Below, one piece after another: positions 12,973 through 26,959 of a DNA stretch of 64,000 bases. The notes beneath the pieces are model-generated. The model did no database searches. It saw only the letters and a list, made by a program, of their open reading frames with translations, and was not told the DNA's origin. How positions within the stretch are numbered: the stretch's first letter is position 1; each line of letters begins with the position of its first letter. The DNA comes from Eledone cirrhosa (taxonomy: Eukaryota), in assembly GCA_964016885.1 (NCBI GenBank), contig OZ024745.1, positions 72,168,001-72,232,000 of the forward strand, given 5' to 3'. Position numbers and translations under genes: made by a program.

Positions 12973-14064
12973 TTATAATCAGTACATACAATAGTAAATG
13001 TCGTAGTTACGATAGTAATAACAATATTAATAGCAATATTGATGTATCCTTCGTTGATTCGACAATGAACATTCAATTGTTCGATCAAATGACCTGACTA
13101 TCAATGAGCTGGAAGACTGTTAGCAGCTCTACATACTTCTTAAATAAATATTAACTTATATTGTAAATATTAAGTAAAACATTCACTGTAGCCCTTACAA
13201 TCGATTACTGTATTTACGTGTGCAGAGCATAGGTTTTTAGATAACTGACGGAAGTATAGAATATCTAGAAAGATGGATTGATGCACACACTAGATCTGCT
13301 ACATCAGAGTTCACCTGGAGCTAAACAATAAGATCAACTTAGAATATACTAAAACATAAACAAACAGACATAAATTAGCCATTGACCAACGGTACTGTCT
13401 TCACAGATTGTCTTTTCCATCATGTAATTCTTTCTTTTATTTACCTTTACTATAGCCTTTGTATCGTTCAGATGATGGGCCAACCTCTGTTTCGACGATG
13501 AGTGTTCCAGTTGTTTAATCAACGGAGAACTTTACTCGTTAAATTTAACGTTTATTAAATAACTGACTATTCTACATGCACATTATTTTAAACAATATTC
13601 AGTGTAACACTGTGTTATATGGCAGGTCATTTGGATTTCAGCCACTATCCATCTGACGGACTTCCAATAATTTCTGCCTACCAGTTAGAGTTACATGACT
13701 CAGGTCGAACTTAGTCTAAAGTAAAAACACCTACACAAGATGCCTTGAAGTTGTTTTATAGAGAACTCAACCACCAATCCTTATTGCGTTCTCTGTATCT
13801 TTCTAGTCTCATGTATGATACGAGTCGCTCAACAATCCTCACAATTGCTGACTTATTATTTTCTTAAACATGATCGTTATTTCTTTGTATCTATGAATTA
13901 ATAACTTTCAATGGAATCGTAGGGGCACCGACGTAACATACACTTGGTCTCTTTAAATAGAGCAGCATCCACCCACTCTTCGAATCTGAAGACAGCTAAC
14001 CGATTTCTTCGAGAGAATGAGAGAAAGTGAGAAGGAAATGAGAAAGAGATATAGAGGAAGAATC

Positions 14065-14222
14065 TACACAGTACCGGACTAGTAATCGTTTTTCAATGAC
14101 CTCGAAAAGATGAAAAACAAAGTTGATTTCCACTGGATTGAAATGTTGAGATCACAGAGAATCGGAACGAATACTGCAAAGCATTCTATCTGACGTTCTA
14201 ATGGCCCTGCCAATCACCAACT
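14065..14222 (-). mobile_element. Decayed tRNA-derived SINE
   Basis: Similar to the reverse complement of the SINE at 28634-28805. Confidence 0.55.
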
Positions 14223-15183
14223 CCATTCTTTCGTTACTAAAATTTAATATATTTGAAATTTCTCCTTATCTACGTTTTTTCATTTATTTCTTCATTTAAA
14301 GAAATTACTCTGTTATCACTGATCTGCCTGATAAAGTAATTTTTTAGATTCTGAATCTACACTTTATAAGGCATTTTACTTATCTAATAATTTGTATGTA
14401 AACGACATTCTATATTTAGCAAACATGTGTGTAAAGACGAAAGCAAAGCAAAGCTAAGAAAATTCAAGGAAACCCCAACAAAGATTTACTTGAACATCTG
14501 GTACATGTTAAAAACAGCAGAATAATTGTATGACGTAAACGACCGATAAGAAACAATGTGGCACAGAATTAAAGAGTGAGTTTCTACACTGTTGCTCAAC
14601 ATTCTTGACATAACAGCCTATTTCTTCTCAAAAGAACAGTGAATTAAATTTACCCAAATACTTGAGAGAGGTATTATTTTATTGATCCCGGAATTAAGAA
14701 AAAAAAAAAAAGAAATTCGAAATCGTCGCCTGTGGGATATGAACACGAAATGTAAATATTTCTTTATCAGTTGGTATGACTATGACGTGAATGGAGAATT
14801 AATAGCACTCGTGCCCAAGTTGGCACGTGAAAACGTTTTATTAGGATGCGGAAATGTTTTGTTAGTGATGTTATAAAAGAAATTGGATGGGTAAGCTTGA
14901 ACTCTCACATAAGGGGGGGATGAAAAGGCTTAGTCACATCATAATTACAGAAAAAAACTGTTCATTAGTAACCAGTGACTATAAGGTCAAAGCGGCACTA
15001 TTTGTATTTCTTTGACACCCCCCGTGTATACTAGCATAATCCCTGATTAACACTATGCTATTAAAGACTCGAAACAGACGTTTTTAGAATGATTTGAAAC
15101 AACTCTGCTCTTTCTATAAACTTTAAACATAACTGTTTCTAACATTGGTACAAGATCAGCAATTAGTGAAGGGGACACACGAT

Positions 15184-15736
15184 TTTAGCAGTATTAGTTA
15201 TAGATGTTATCGCCACTTTAGCAGGGTGGTAGAATCAGTGGTCGTTAGTTGCCAGTGTGGTAAGTGATAGTATCCTCGTTGGATTATCTTGTTGACATAG
15301 ACGTGAGGGAAGGTCCCTCGATCTATTTACCATCTATTTACAATATTCCTTTCGTCAGGTCGCCAATTCCAGCAGCATGGATTAAAGATGTCATTGAGAC
15401 ACGAGTAACATAACAACGACTTCAACCGCAGTAATTAGAGATGAAATGTTTGTTTATTTATATGGTTGAAGTTACAGATAAAAAGAGGTTACAAAAGGGA
15501 ATGTGCCATTGCGCCGTTAAGCCGGCGAGGCTAGGGGTGCAATATCTCACTGCTACATTATGCGTGTTGCTGGCTTGAAGTTTCCGGTACAAGAGAGAGA
15601 TTCTTCAAATCTTCGCGGGGAATTTCTTCCTCAGGGCGCGTAGGGATACATCCTCTTCTACTGGCGCTGATTGGCTGAACTGAGCCAAATCACGCACAGA
15701 GAATGTATGTGAGCCCGCGGAATGTAGGTCACTATA
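15184..15736 (-). repeat. 3' LTR
   Basis: Near-identical to 17328-17880. Its first dinucleotide is TA rather than TG. Confidence 0.9.
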
Positions 15737-17310
15737 TCACCTCCGACCAGATTTTCAGCCGAAAATCGATAACGAAGAAACCAAGGACCCACATATTAGT
15801 AAAAATCAGCAAGAACAAATGCTGAAAGAGCACATCAGTGAAAAAATAATTGAGCAGAAGGTTGCATGCAAGAACAAAAATTGAGGCGCTACGGGCCGTG
15901 TTGAGCCGCTGTGTCAAATGACCAGTTGTTTTGTTGTTTATACGTGACCGCCAAAGGTCTAACAAAAAACGGATAAAGTCTGACATGGGCGAAGTTGCTG
16001 TTCTTGCATTAAATGTTAATGGTAAGCGTTGTACCAGTAGCTGTGAACGAAGCTATTATGGTAGTTTACCAGTGCTGGCGAGAAAATGATGGCTCCCAGA
16101 TGTATTGTCGAATGTGCTGTGGAGCCAGGAAAAAATGGCTGGTTGCTTTGTAAAGAACAAAAGGCAAGTTTAATCTGTAGGTCGGTTGCAGTGTAAATTC
16201 CATAATTCGGGCGAATCCACAGAAGTGGCCGAAATGTTGACAAGTCCAGTTCAATTTGTTGCTTTCCCAGCGAGTCGGGCAAAAACAACAATACGGATGG
16301 CAGTCATGGACGATCAGTGTGCAACGAGATGCGAAGCCGTTTGAGTTCAGCTGCAATTAGTATTCTCGTGTTGCGGTGACTGTTTGAATCCAGTGGATTA
16401 AGCTCTGTGAGCTGCTAGCATGTGACAGCATCTCAACCAGGTGAAAAGGGACTCGCAGAATATTACGTTTGAAGAACATATACCAAGAACAACATGTTGC
16501 TGTGTGATAAAAAAAATATGTGCATATGCAGGCATGTAAAACAGCAAAGAATGTGAATGAACAAAAACCATGAGCAAGCAAATAGCAAAAGAGCACAAAA
16601 CAAGTAAATGCATTCTACAAAGAAATATGTGAATGTAACAAACTGATAATTCAAAGTCAATCTAGGGGAGCAGAGAAATTGCTCAATAAGTTCAAAGTTT
16701 TTCAAAGTCAAATAGTTCACACATCACCAGTGTACAGACACTAGTTCTATCTGAAAACTGAAAAAGAAGTTTGCTAATGCCGTTAGGGATTAGATGTATG
16801 GTGTTTTTGTGAGATATCGTGGCCATCTTACCGTCCCGCCACACGGTAGTGTTGCTTATTGTTAAAGCAATGTCAACGAATCTTCTGTAGAGTAGGAGTC
16901 ACCAAATATGGCAGTCACGTCTGACGCCATAATGGTGAGAAAACTACTGTCTCAATTTCTCGCGTCCCTGTGGTAACGAGACAGAAGGTATGGTGGTTGC
17001 GTCGGTAAAGTTACAAGCCGTTTTGAAATTTCCGATGTGTGGTGGTTGGCGTCGGTAAGGTTATGAAGCTGCCACTCACTGTTCCCTGTACTGGTCAGTG
17101 GTTAAACAACGCTGTCGCTGCTGCTGTCATTGTTGTTGTCAAGCGTAGCCATGACATGTCGGTAGCCATCTTGAAATTTTTTCGTGGCGAAAAAGTTTTT
17201 GAAATACTGCTAATTTTTCAAAAATCTTAAAAGGAATATTCTGGATTTTCGCAAGTTGCGACGTGGCAATAAAAGTTAAACTGAATGAATAAGAAGGGCT
17301 GCGTGATATT

Positions 17311-17326
17311 CTTACGTCGATCACCA
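17311..17326 (-). promoter_or_regulatory. Putative primer-binding site, partial match to tRNA-Trp
   Basis: TGGTGATCGACGTAAG lies 1 nt from the LTR end. The canonical Trp PBS is TGGTGACCCCGACGTGAT. Confidence 0.5.
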
Positions 17327-17327
17327 C

Positions 17328-17880
17328 TTTAGCAGTATTAGTTATAGATGTTATCGCCACTTTAGCAGGCTGGTAGAATCAGTGGTCGTTAGTTGCCAGT
17401 GTGGTAAGTGATAGTATCCTCGTTGGATTATCTTGTTGACATAGACGTGAGGGAAGGTCCCTCGATCTATTTACCATCTATTTACAATATTCCTTTCGTC
17501 AGGTCGCCAATTCCAGCAGCATGGATTAAAGATGTCATTGAGACACGAGTAACATAACAACGATTTCAACAGCAGTAATTAGAGATGAAATGTCTGTTTA
17601 TTTATATGGTTGAAGTTACAGATAAAAAGAGGTTACAAAAGGGAATGTGCCATTGCGCCGTTAAGCCGGCGAGGCTAGGGGTGCAATATCTCACTGCTAC
17701 ATTATGCGTGTTGCTGGCTTGAAGTTTCCGGTACAAGAGAGAGATTCTTCAAATCTTCGCGGGGAATTTCTTCCTCAGGGCGCGTAGGGATACATCCTCT
17801 TCTACTGGCTCTGATTGGCTGAACTGAGCCAAATCACGCACAGAAAATGTATGTGAGCCCGCGGAATGTAGGTCACTACA
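17328..17880 (-). repeat. 5' LTR (TGTAG...CTAAA)
   Basis: Near-identical to 15184-15736. Contains AGCCAATCAG and TATAAATAAA on the minus strand. Confidence 0.9.
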
Positions 17881-17884
17881 CGAT

Positions 17885-18040
17885 CATATCAGTACTGATA
17901 CTTTATTTTATGAACCTCGAAGAATAAAGGCAAAGTTGACCTCGGTAGGATTTGAACTCAGAACGTAGAAAATCATAACTAAACGCCGCAAAGCATTTTT
18001 GTCTGATACTTTTGCTATTCGACTAATCTACCGTCCATAA
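17885..18040 (-). mobile_element. SINE 5' part; its 3' part lies at ~15130-15183, split by the LTR element
   Basis: GGCAAAGTTGACCTCGGTAGGATTTGAACTCAG matches other SINE copies. Joining the two LTR flanks restores one SINE. Confidence 0.75.
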
Positions 18041-18169
18041 CAAATATAATAAAAAATGATAATCTTTTGCACAAACATTGCCTTGGTTATGCGGGGAATT
18101 GATTTATTAGAAGATTATAGCCAATGCGATGTTTTCTCTTGAGAAAATGGGTATAACTTTCATTATGTC

Positions 18170-18256
18170 AAATTTCATCCTTCCGGGGTCGATAGAATAA
18201 AGTACCAGTAATGCATTGGGTAATTGCTGGCCTTGTGCCAAAAGTAGAAACAATTA
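18170..18256 (+). mobile_element. SINE 3' half
   Basis: TTTCATCCTTCCGGGGTCGATAGAATAAAGTACCAG...GGCCTTGTGCCAAAAGTAGAAA, as at 29040-29127. Confidence 0.8.
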
Positions 18257-18338
18257 TGTCAAATTTCTCCACTTTGCCTCATTTCTCCCCGTTTTGGGGC
18301 ACTTTCTTTATGGTACTCCCCGTTTGAGTTTTTAGAGG

Positions 18339-18434
18339 CTGGTAGGTCTGGTAAAACTACTTTTGTTTACTGGTAGGTCTGGTAAAACTACTTTTGTTTA
18401 CTGGTAGGTCTGGTAAAACTACTTTTGTTTACTG
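18339..18434. repeat. 31-bp minisatellite x3
   Basis: CTGGTAGGTCTGGTAAAACTACTTTTGTTTA repeated three times with no spacers. Confidence 0.95.
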
Positions 18435-19545
18435 TTCTGATTCATGTTTTCTATGTTGGTATAATAATTTTATAGCATAGTTGTTAAAGGATGGACTGTA
18501 AAATGGCACTATTTTCAACATTAAACTTGGGTTCACTTAAATTGTCAATTCGAAAAAGGAAATGCAGCATTGCTTTAGAATTAACTTAATATGTTGAATC
18601 TTGTATTCAATAGTAACCAGGAATAAATTGACATATAGATTGTATGCAGTAAATTGTATATAGTACCAGAAAACGTCTTTCTCGAGCATAGAGTCTGAAC
18701 AGAACGTTAAAACGTTAAACTCAAGTTGCTGCTTTTTCTTAAATTTTTCAGCTGAATGAATCAGACCAATCTCAACTGAAATGACCTGCTCAGGGACACA
18801 TCGGTTCGCTCGTTTCGGTGATTGATATCACGCCTTCACAATCGTGAGCTGGACACACTCATCACCAGGACAAGTGCCATCTATTACTAATTATGTGTAA
18901 TAACTAACTAAATCAGAGAGATGAGATACAGGATATCACGTGTTCCTTATATAATCTAAATATTTCTATTTTATTGAAATTATTTGAGTTATTAAACATC
19001 ACACAGAATTCGACCATCAATTCCGCACAATTTACAATTTAGTAGGCGGTTTATGGATAATAGAATCAGCTTAGCTTAAAATTCTTCATATCTGAAGTAA
19101 TCACACGATATAATTTCATAGAAGTAGGTTGGTAAAATAAGAGAAATTTACACGACTGCCAATTAACATTAGTAGGACTACAGCTTAGCTATTCTGTATA
19201 ACAACTGTAACGAACTGAGAGATACTGATCAGAAACAAACGGCAGTCAGTTTATTCTCTTGAGATTTGAGTAAGAAAGCGACGACATCATAAATTCTTCA
19301 CTAATAGGCTATAAAGCTTTAGATATCTGATAAAGCACTAGGAAGCGGAAATGACGTCTTGTGACACGTGTTAAAAAGCCCCCCCCCCCCCATTAGGCAT
19401 ATTGATCAGGCATATTTAAAAAGGTAACTTAAATGAATCGTCTTAAAACGTTCTATCGAGTATTGTTTTAGAAAACTCATCTTTCTTTAGAAAACACACA
19501 CACGCCTACAAATACACACACACGCCTACAAATACACACACACGC

Positions 19546-19910
<365 letters not shown>

Positions 19911-20363
19911 TGTATATATATATATATATATATAGTAATAATAAATGTGAAGACTAAAATCCGAAGTGGGCTCGATATGCTCGATATGGATTATATATAT
20001 ATGTCCTTATGGATCTCAGCTTTACAACTGCAGATACTTGATCACTGTTCGATACTCGAGTTTCTGGATTTTCATGAAATGCCTGAGTACATCAACATTA
20101 AGTAATTGCGAAAATAAATGAAAAAGTGTTTAGACCATGAAGCCTGTCCAGTAAAAACATTTCACAGATTTTACAGACAAAATTTCACTTGCTTTCTATG
20201 TGACGTTCAAAACTTTTCAGTCGCACCAAATTCATGTATAATTTAATGTTTTTTTATACTAAAGTAGATATATCATACATTTAAAATTGGCTTTCTACCC
20301 AACAAGGTTTCCCCGTTTCTCTCGACTCGCTCTCTCTGATATATATACCCCATTATACGTAAG

Positions 20364-20412
20364 TATATATATATATATATATATTCTGTATATATATATA
20401 TATATATATACA

Positions 20413-20458
<46 letters not shown>

Positions 20459-20501
20459 TGTGTATATATATATATACACAGTTTATATATATATATACAC
20501 A

Positions 20502-20557
<56 letters not shown>

Positions 20558-20592
20558 TATATATATATACTGTGTATATATATATATATATA

Positions 20593-20636
<44 letters not shown>

Positions 20637-20770
20637 TGTGTATATTCTAAGGCGGGAATTTTACCCGCCTTACAGTATATATAGATATATATATATACAG
20701 TATATATATATATATATACAGCATATATATATATATATATATTATATACAGTATATATATATATACACAG

Positions 20771-20801
<31 letters not shown>

Positions 20802-20960
20802 TATATATATATATACACAGTATATATATATACAGTTTATATATATATATATATACAGTATATATATATATAGTATATATATATATATAGTATATATATA
20901 TATATATATATATATAGAGTATATATATATATATATACAGTATATATGTATATATATACA

Positions 20961-21013
<53 letters not shown>

Positions 21014-21051
21014 CAGTATATATATATATATATACAGTATATATATATACA

Positions 21052-21114
<63 letters not shown>

Positions 21115-21167
21115 CACACAGTATATATATATATATACACAGCATATATATATATATATATACACAG

Positions 21168-21252
<85 letters not shown>

Positions 21253-21314
21253 TATACACAGTATATATTTATATATATATATATATATATACAGTATATA
21301 TATATATTTATACA

Positions 21315-21356
<42 letters not shown>
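20364..21356. repeat. ~1-kb (TA)n tract punctuated by ACAG/CTGT
   Basis: Directly visible. Confidence 0.95.
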
Positions 21357-21357
<1 letters not shown>

Positions 21358-21389
21358 GGTAGAATGATGCTTATTTTATTAGATTAATA

Positions 21390-21423
<34 letters not shown>

Positions 21424-21871
21424 CGCTTATGAGTTCTATGTGTATATGTATATTCTATATGTATATGTAATCAGAGAGTTGCCTGAACAATGATAAATCA
21501 TCGCACAGTATTCTATTTACTCTGTTAGCTCGTCAGAAAACATCCAGTACAAACTGCTGATGCAGCATTACTGCTATTTGTGTATTATATACATCAGTAC
21601 AATGAATATATCTACAACTATGTGGAAGTGATAATAATTCTTTCGGGTGAATTTGAGTAAGGCTTCGTAAACGATACTCCAAATGTATCGCAATTTACTC
21701 TAGTTTTAAACCAGTTCTCAACGTGAACATGTTGATGTAATATTTTGAATGATGTTGTAATAATTACTTCATATTCGTATTTTTTTTTCTTTTAAGGCCT
21801 TCAGTCATTAGATTGTGGCCATGCTGGCGTACCACATTGTAGGGATTTGGTAGGTCGTATCACCCCTCACC

Positions 21872-21923
<52 letters not shown>

Positions 21924-22004
21924 TTTACGGTTCGAAATTCGAAAGCCAGGAAGACTACAAATCAGGGTAGTACTGGATACATGATGAGATGTATTCATAT
22001 GTGC

Positions 22005-22128
<124 letters not shown>

Positions 22129-22218
22129 ATATATATATACATAAACGTTTGTATATGTATAATAAAGTCAAAAGATATTGTTGATAATTAGTCTTTTACC
22201 TTAGATTTATTTAGATGT

Positions 22219-22253
22219 CCTTAATTTTCGAGATAATATCTCTTCTTCGGAGG
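22219..22253 (-). ncRNA. Minimal hammerhead ribozyme, U4C variant (family F2)
   Basis: CCU-CCGAAGA-A-GAGAU(AUU)AUCUC-GAAA-AU-UA-AGG. Palindromic stem III AAUU. Lies in the PLE 3' region. Confidence 0.7.
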
Positions 22254-22572
22254 GAAGTAAAGCGGTAAAACCAGTGTTCTAAATAGCTTGCCAAGTCATG
22301 CTGACAGGAAATGGTATAGAGTATCTGTTCTTTCTCTAATATCAAAGAGTTAAGGTTAGGTGGATAAAGAGTAGTCTCCCTTTAAAAGGATTTTGTTATT
22401 TTGTATACGCCTGTTTAAGTGTGTGGGAGAATGCATGAAGGTATAAGTATATGTGTGTGTGTGTGTGAGTGTGAGAAGATATGTCTATACGTAAATGTGG
22501 GGGATAGATGTTATCTCGTGTTAGAACTGGTCTTTGTATGTGTGTGTGTGAGAGAGAATAAGTAGAGGTGTA

Positions 22573-22613
<41 letters not shown>

Positions 22614-22671
22614 GTGTGTGTGTGCGTGTGTGTGGGAGGCGGGGGATGTAAATATGGGGCTAGATGCTCTA

Positions 22672-25170
22672 TCAAGTTATAAATTGGGTGTTGAGTTCTA
22701 GTCTATTATTGATTGGGGGTTGAGTTTTGTCTATAATTAGTGCTTCCATAATTCTAAGATTGCCGAGGTTTCTTTCCTTAGTTTCTATCCTAACTGTTAT
22801 GGTTTTGTCGATGGTTTTGCATTTAACTAGGTGTTTCTTAAATGAGGAAGCGTTAGTATTGAGGTGTTCTTTTATTCTTATGTGGAGTTGTCTGGCGGTG
22901 CTACCTACGTAGAAGTTGCTGCATTTGTCGCACTCTAGTCTGTATGCAACGTAAGCCTGGTGGCATAGGTCTGTGTCGTTGATGGGACAGTTGGCTAGCC
23001 TGCAGCGCTTGTCATGTCTGGTGGAGTGTCTTTTGGTTAGCTGTCCGCGTAGAGAAGGACCTGAGTGGGCTAGTTGGATATCTAGTCCCTCTCGTCTGAT
23101 AGCTCTGCGGATGGCTGTTGTTGTTTCGTCACTGAAGGGTGGGAGATTCAGGAAGCAAGTGTTAGTGCCTCGGATGTGGTGACCTCTGTTCTTTCTTGCA
23201 CGGTTTGTGGTGGATGTCGTGTATCCGTTCAGTTTGAGTACTTCCAGGAAATGTGTGGTGTGTGTGCCTCGGTCTCTAGCGTCGGTGCATTTGTCCCGGA
23301 TACGTGTAGTTCGTTCCTTATGTATCCGAACTTAGCGCCGACTGGGAGGGCCGACCTGAAATGTACGAACAGGTCCCTGCTGGCGGCTTTTTATAGAAGC
23401 AGGTGTGGATGTTTCCTTCCTCTGTTACCCTGAGTTGGAAGTCCAGTAGGGATAGGGATCCGCGGTCATCGGGGTGTTCCATGCTGAACTTTATACTGGC
23501 GTCCATGCTGGAGAATGTTGTGTATATTTTATCCGCCTCCTCACGGGATGATGTAAGGATGAGTATATCATCTACATATCGGGTGAAGAAGGTATGGGAA
23601 TGGCAGGTGTTGAGGGCTCGGCATTCTAGCTGGTTCATATAGGCGATGGCCAGTAGGCCCGATAGGCTGGATCCCATGGATAATCCTGTATGTGTGGTGG
23701 TGGAAGGTGAAGTACGTGTTGTCCACTGTGAAGGACAAAAGCTGATGTATGTCCGTCGGATGGAGGCCGTAGCAGTGGATGTCCTCTGCGACCACGCAGT
23801 CCGTCAATAAATCGACAGCTGGATGAGCAGGGACTGTAGTGTAGAGGGAGACAACGTCGAGGCTAAAAGCGTATCTATTTAGTTTAAGTTGTTCTGGCTG
23901 GAGTTGGTGTAGTCTACGTATGACTTCGTCGGAGCTACTGACGTGCCCAGGAAAGGTGGAGAGTAGGGGCTTGAGGATCTGGGAGAGGAGCCAGGAAATG
24001 TTGTATAGGAGTCCTTCTATGCTAGAGACGATGGGTCTTATTTGTGTCTTAGTACTATTCTTGTGGGTCTTGATGAGGTGGTAGAAAGTGGGCAGTCTGC
24101 TATTTCTAGTGGTGTAGTTGAGCTTAACCTTATTTGGGAGTTGTCTTCTACAGATGTCGAACCAGATGGAGTTGGTCTGTTTTTTTTATCTGGGCTGCAG
24201 TTATGTCCGGGATCTCTGTATATAGTTCATTGTCGCTTAGTTGTTCAATGGCTAGGTTGTTGTATGTGGCTTGAGAGATGACTCAAAACTCTTTACCTTT
24301 GTCGGATGGTAAGTATATAAGTTCCCTATTCCGTAGGTTCTTCAGAGCGAGTTGTTGTGTCCTGAAGGACTATCTTCTTCTGTTTCCGTAAGATGTTAAA
24401 TACGGAATGTTTTAGCCTCTAGAGTTTTTCTTCAAGCTCGCGGTTGGCAGGCGGTGGACAGAGTGGGCGATTCAGTTGGTATATCGGGAATCTGGGTTTG
24501 TTAGGTTCCGTGGTGTTGTTGCCGAGAGTCGATGTCCATTTTAGTTGGTAGGCAGCCCGACAGAAATTCGTTTCTATGTCGAGCCATAATTTGTCGCCCA
24601 GTCTCTGTTTCAATATGAACTTGCGACCCAGGCTGAGGAGGTCTAATTCCTCTCGTGAGAGGGATCTTGTTAAGTCTGTGACGAGGTGTTTTGCGTCAGG
24701 TGTGTTGTTGGTCGGGGCGCGGCTATGTTCGGTGTTGGTACCGTCTTGTTCGCCTCTGTTGGTGCTTAGAGTTGGGATGTTGTTAACACGGTTATCCGTG
24801 CTGAGGTTGAGAAATTTTTGCGTTAGGCGTATTTTCTCGTAGTCTCGGCGATGGTGGTATGACCTGTTTATAGCGGCGGAGATAACTCTGGACAGAGGCT
24901 CTAGGATTTCAGCGAGTTGTGGTACAAGGCTGGAAATAGTCCGTATATGTTGTTGTAGCGTGCGGTGTAGGTGTTGTATGATTTTTCTTAGGCAGAATTT
25001 TTGTATGTAGCTAAGTGATCGTTTGAGGCCTGGTGATTTGAAGCATGTTGGTAGGTGCAAGTTTTTGATAGTTGTGGGGATGATGTTCTTATTCAGGCAT
25101 CGTTTTAGGAAGTTTATTTGGCAGCCGGCTTTGATAGGTGGAAGAGTTTCTTTACAGTTGTGAACTGGGC
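22672..25170 (-). pseudogene. PLE RT-GIY-YIG polyprotein, disrupted
   Basis: N-terminal FLKRCLNKNIIP; FYHLIKTHK, IRPIVS, SLDVVSLYT, MGSSLSG, RYVDDI; YRLECDKCSNFYVGST..RIKEH. Several frameshifts. Confidence 0.9.
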
Positions 25171-25217
25171 CTGGCTCAGGCGTAAGGAAAGGAGGAAGTT
25201 ATAGTTCACTTGAAGCA

Positions 25218-26297
25218 TTTGTCCTTCACAGTGGACAACACGTACTTCACCTTCCACCACCACACATACAGACAGACAACAGGATTACCCATGGGATCCA
25301 GCCTATCGGGCCTGCTGGCCATCACCTATATGAATCAGCTAGAATGCCGAACCCTCAACACCTGCCATTCCCATACCTTCTTCACCCGATATGTAGATGA
25401 CATACTCATCCTTACATCATCCCGTGAGGAGGCGGATAAAATATACACAACATTCTCCAGCATGGATGCCAGTATAAAGTTCAGCATGGAACACCCCAAT
25501 GACTGCGGATCCCTATCTCTACTGGACTTCCAACTCAGGGTAACAGAGGAAGGAAACATCCACACCTGCTTCTATAAAAAAGCCGCCAGCAGGGATCTGT
25601 TCGTACATATCAGATTGGCCCTCCCAGCTGGCGCTAAGTTCGGATACATAAGGAACGAACTACACGTATCCGGAACAAATTCACCGACGCTAGAGACCGA
25701 GACACACACACCACACATTTCCTGGAAGTACTTAAACTGAACGGATACACGGCATCCACCACAAACCGTGCCAGAAAGAACAGAGGAGACCACAACCGGG
25801 GCACTAGCACTTGCTTCCTGAAGCTCCCACACTTCAATGACGAAACAACAACAGCCATCCGCAGAGCTATCAGACGAGAGGGACTAGATATCCAACTAGC
25901 CCACTCAGGTCCTTCTCTACGCGGACAGCTAACCAAAAGACACTCCACCAGACATGACAACCACTGCAGGCTAGCCAACTGCCCCATCAACAACACAGAC
26001 CTATGCCACTTGGCTTACGTCGTATACAGACTAGAGTGCAACAAATGCAGCAACTTCTACGTAGGTAGCACCACCAGACCACTCCACATAAGAATAAAAG
26101 AACACCTCAATACTAACGCTTCCTCATTTAAGAAACACCTAGTTAAATGCAAAAACACCGACAAAACCATAACGGTTAGGATAGAAACTAAGGAAAGAAA
26201 CCTCGGCAATCTTAGAATTAAGGAAGCACTAATTATAGACAAAACTCAACCACCAATCAATAATAGACTAGAACTCAACACCCAATTTATAACTTGA
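25218..26297 (+). pseudogene. PLE RT C-terminal half plus GIY-YIG endonuclease (inverted arm)
   Basis: GLPMGSSLSG, RYVDDI, VVYRLECNKCSNFYVGSTTRPLHIRIKEH..IKEAL..INN. Confidence 0.92.
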
Positions 26298-26497
26298 TAG
26301 AGCATCTAGCCCCATCTTTACACCCCCTTCCACACACACACGCACACACGCACGCACACACACACACACATACACACACACACACCGTTACACCTCCACT
26401 TATTCTCTCTCACACACACACATACACACACAAAGACCAGTTCTAACACGAGATAACATCTATCCCCCACATTTACGTATAGACATATCTTCTCACA

Positions 26498-26582
<85 letters not shown>

Positions 26583-26771
26583 ACACCTTCACGCATTCTG
26601 CCACACACTTAAACAGGCATGTACAAAAAAAAAAACCTTTTAAAGGGAGACTACTCTTTATCCACCTAACCTTAACTCTTTGATATTAGAGATAGAACAG
26701 ATACTCTATACCATTTCCTGTCAGCATGACTTGGCAAGCTATTTAGAACACTGGTTTAACCGCTTTACTTC

Positions 26772-26806
26772 CCTCCGAAGAAGAGATATTATCTCGAAAA
26801 TTAAGG
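26772..26806 (+). ncRNA. Minimal hammerhead ribozyme, U4C variant (family F2)
   Basis: Identical to the reverse complement of 22219-22253. Confidence 0.7.
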
Positions 26807-26959
26807 ACATCTAAATAAATCTAAGGTAAAAGACTAATTGTCAACAATATCTTTTGCATTTGCATTCTTTATTCTATGCCCATACCTGCATTGTTTTGGC
26901 TTTATTATACATATACAAACGTTTATACCTCATTACACAAGTGAACTAAAACTTCCTCC

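Larger units (their letters stand above)
15184..17880 (-). mobile_element. Non-autonomous LTR retroelement (two 553-bp LTRs, 1.6-kb non-coding interior, 4-bp TSD CGAT)
   Basis: Direct repeats at 15184-15736 and 17328-17880 differ at about 7 positions. CGAT at 15180-15183 and 17881-17884. TGG-starting PBS and a purine-rich tract orient it to the minus strand. Confidence 0.88.

Noticed and set aside
14770-15030. Tc1/mariner remnant ending TTTGACACCCCCCGTG-TA
   Set aside because: Only one TIR-like end is visible and no partner was found.
15340-15365. CUGACGA on the minus strand of the LTRs (LTR-retrozyme hypothesis)
   Set aside because: No downstream stem II-GAAA-stem III-UH could be found.
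15737-17310. Short minus-strand ORFs in the LTR element interior as gag/env
   Set aside because: All are under 100 aa with no CCHC, protease, RT or integrase motifs.
18339-18434. 31-bp direct repeats as a CRISPR array
   Set aside because: No spacers, eukaryotic context and no cas genes; it is a simple minisatellite.
20273-21387. Long YIYIYI/VCVC/HTHT ORFs here and at 33.4-34.8, 47.4-47.9, 50.0-52.2, 60.1-60.3 and 62.8-63.1 kb
   Set aside because: Translations of stop-free dinucleotide microsatellites.
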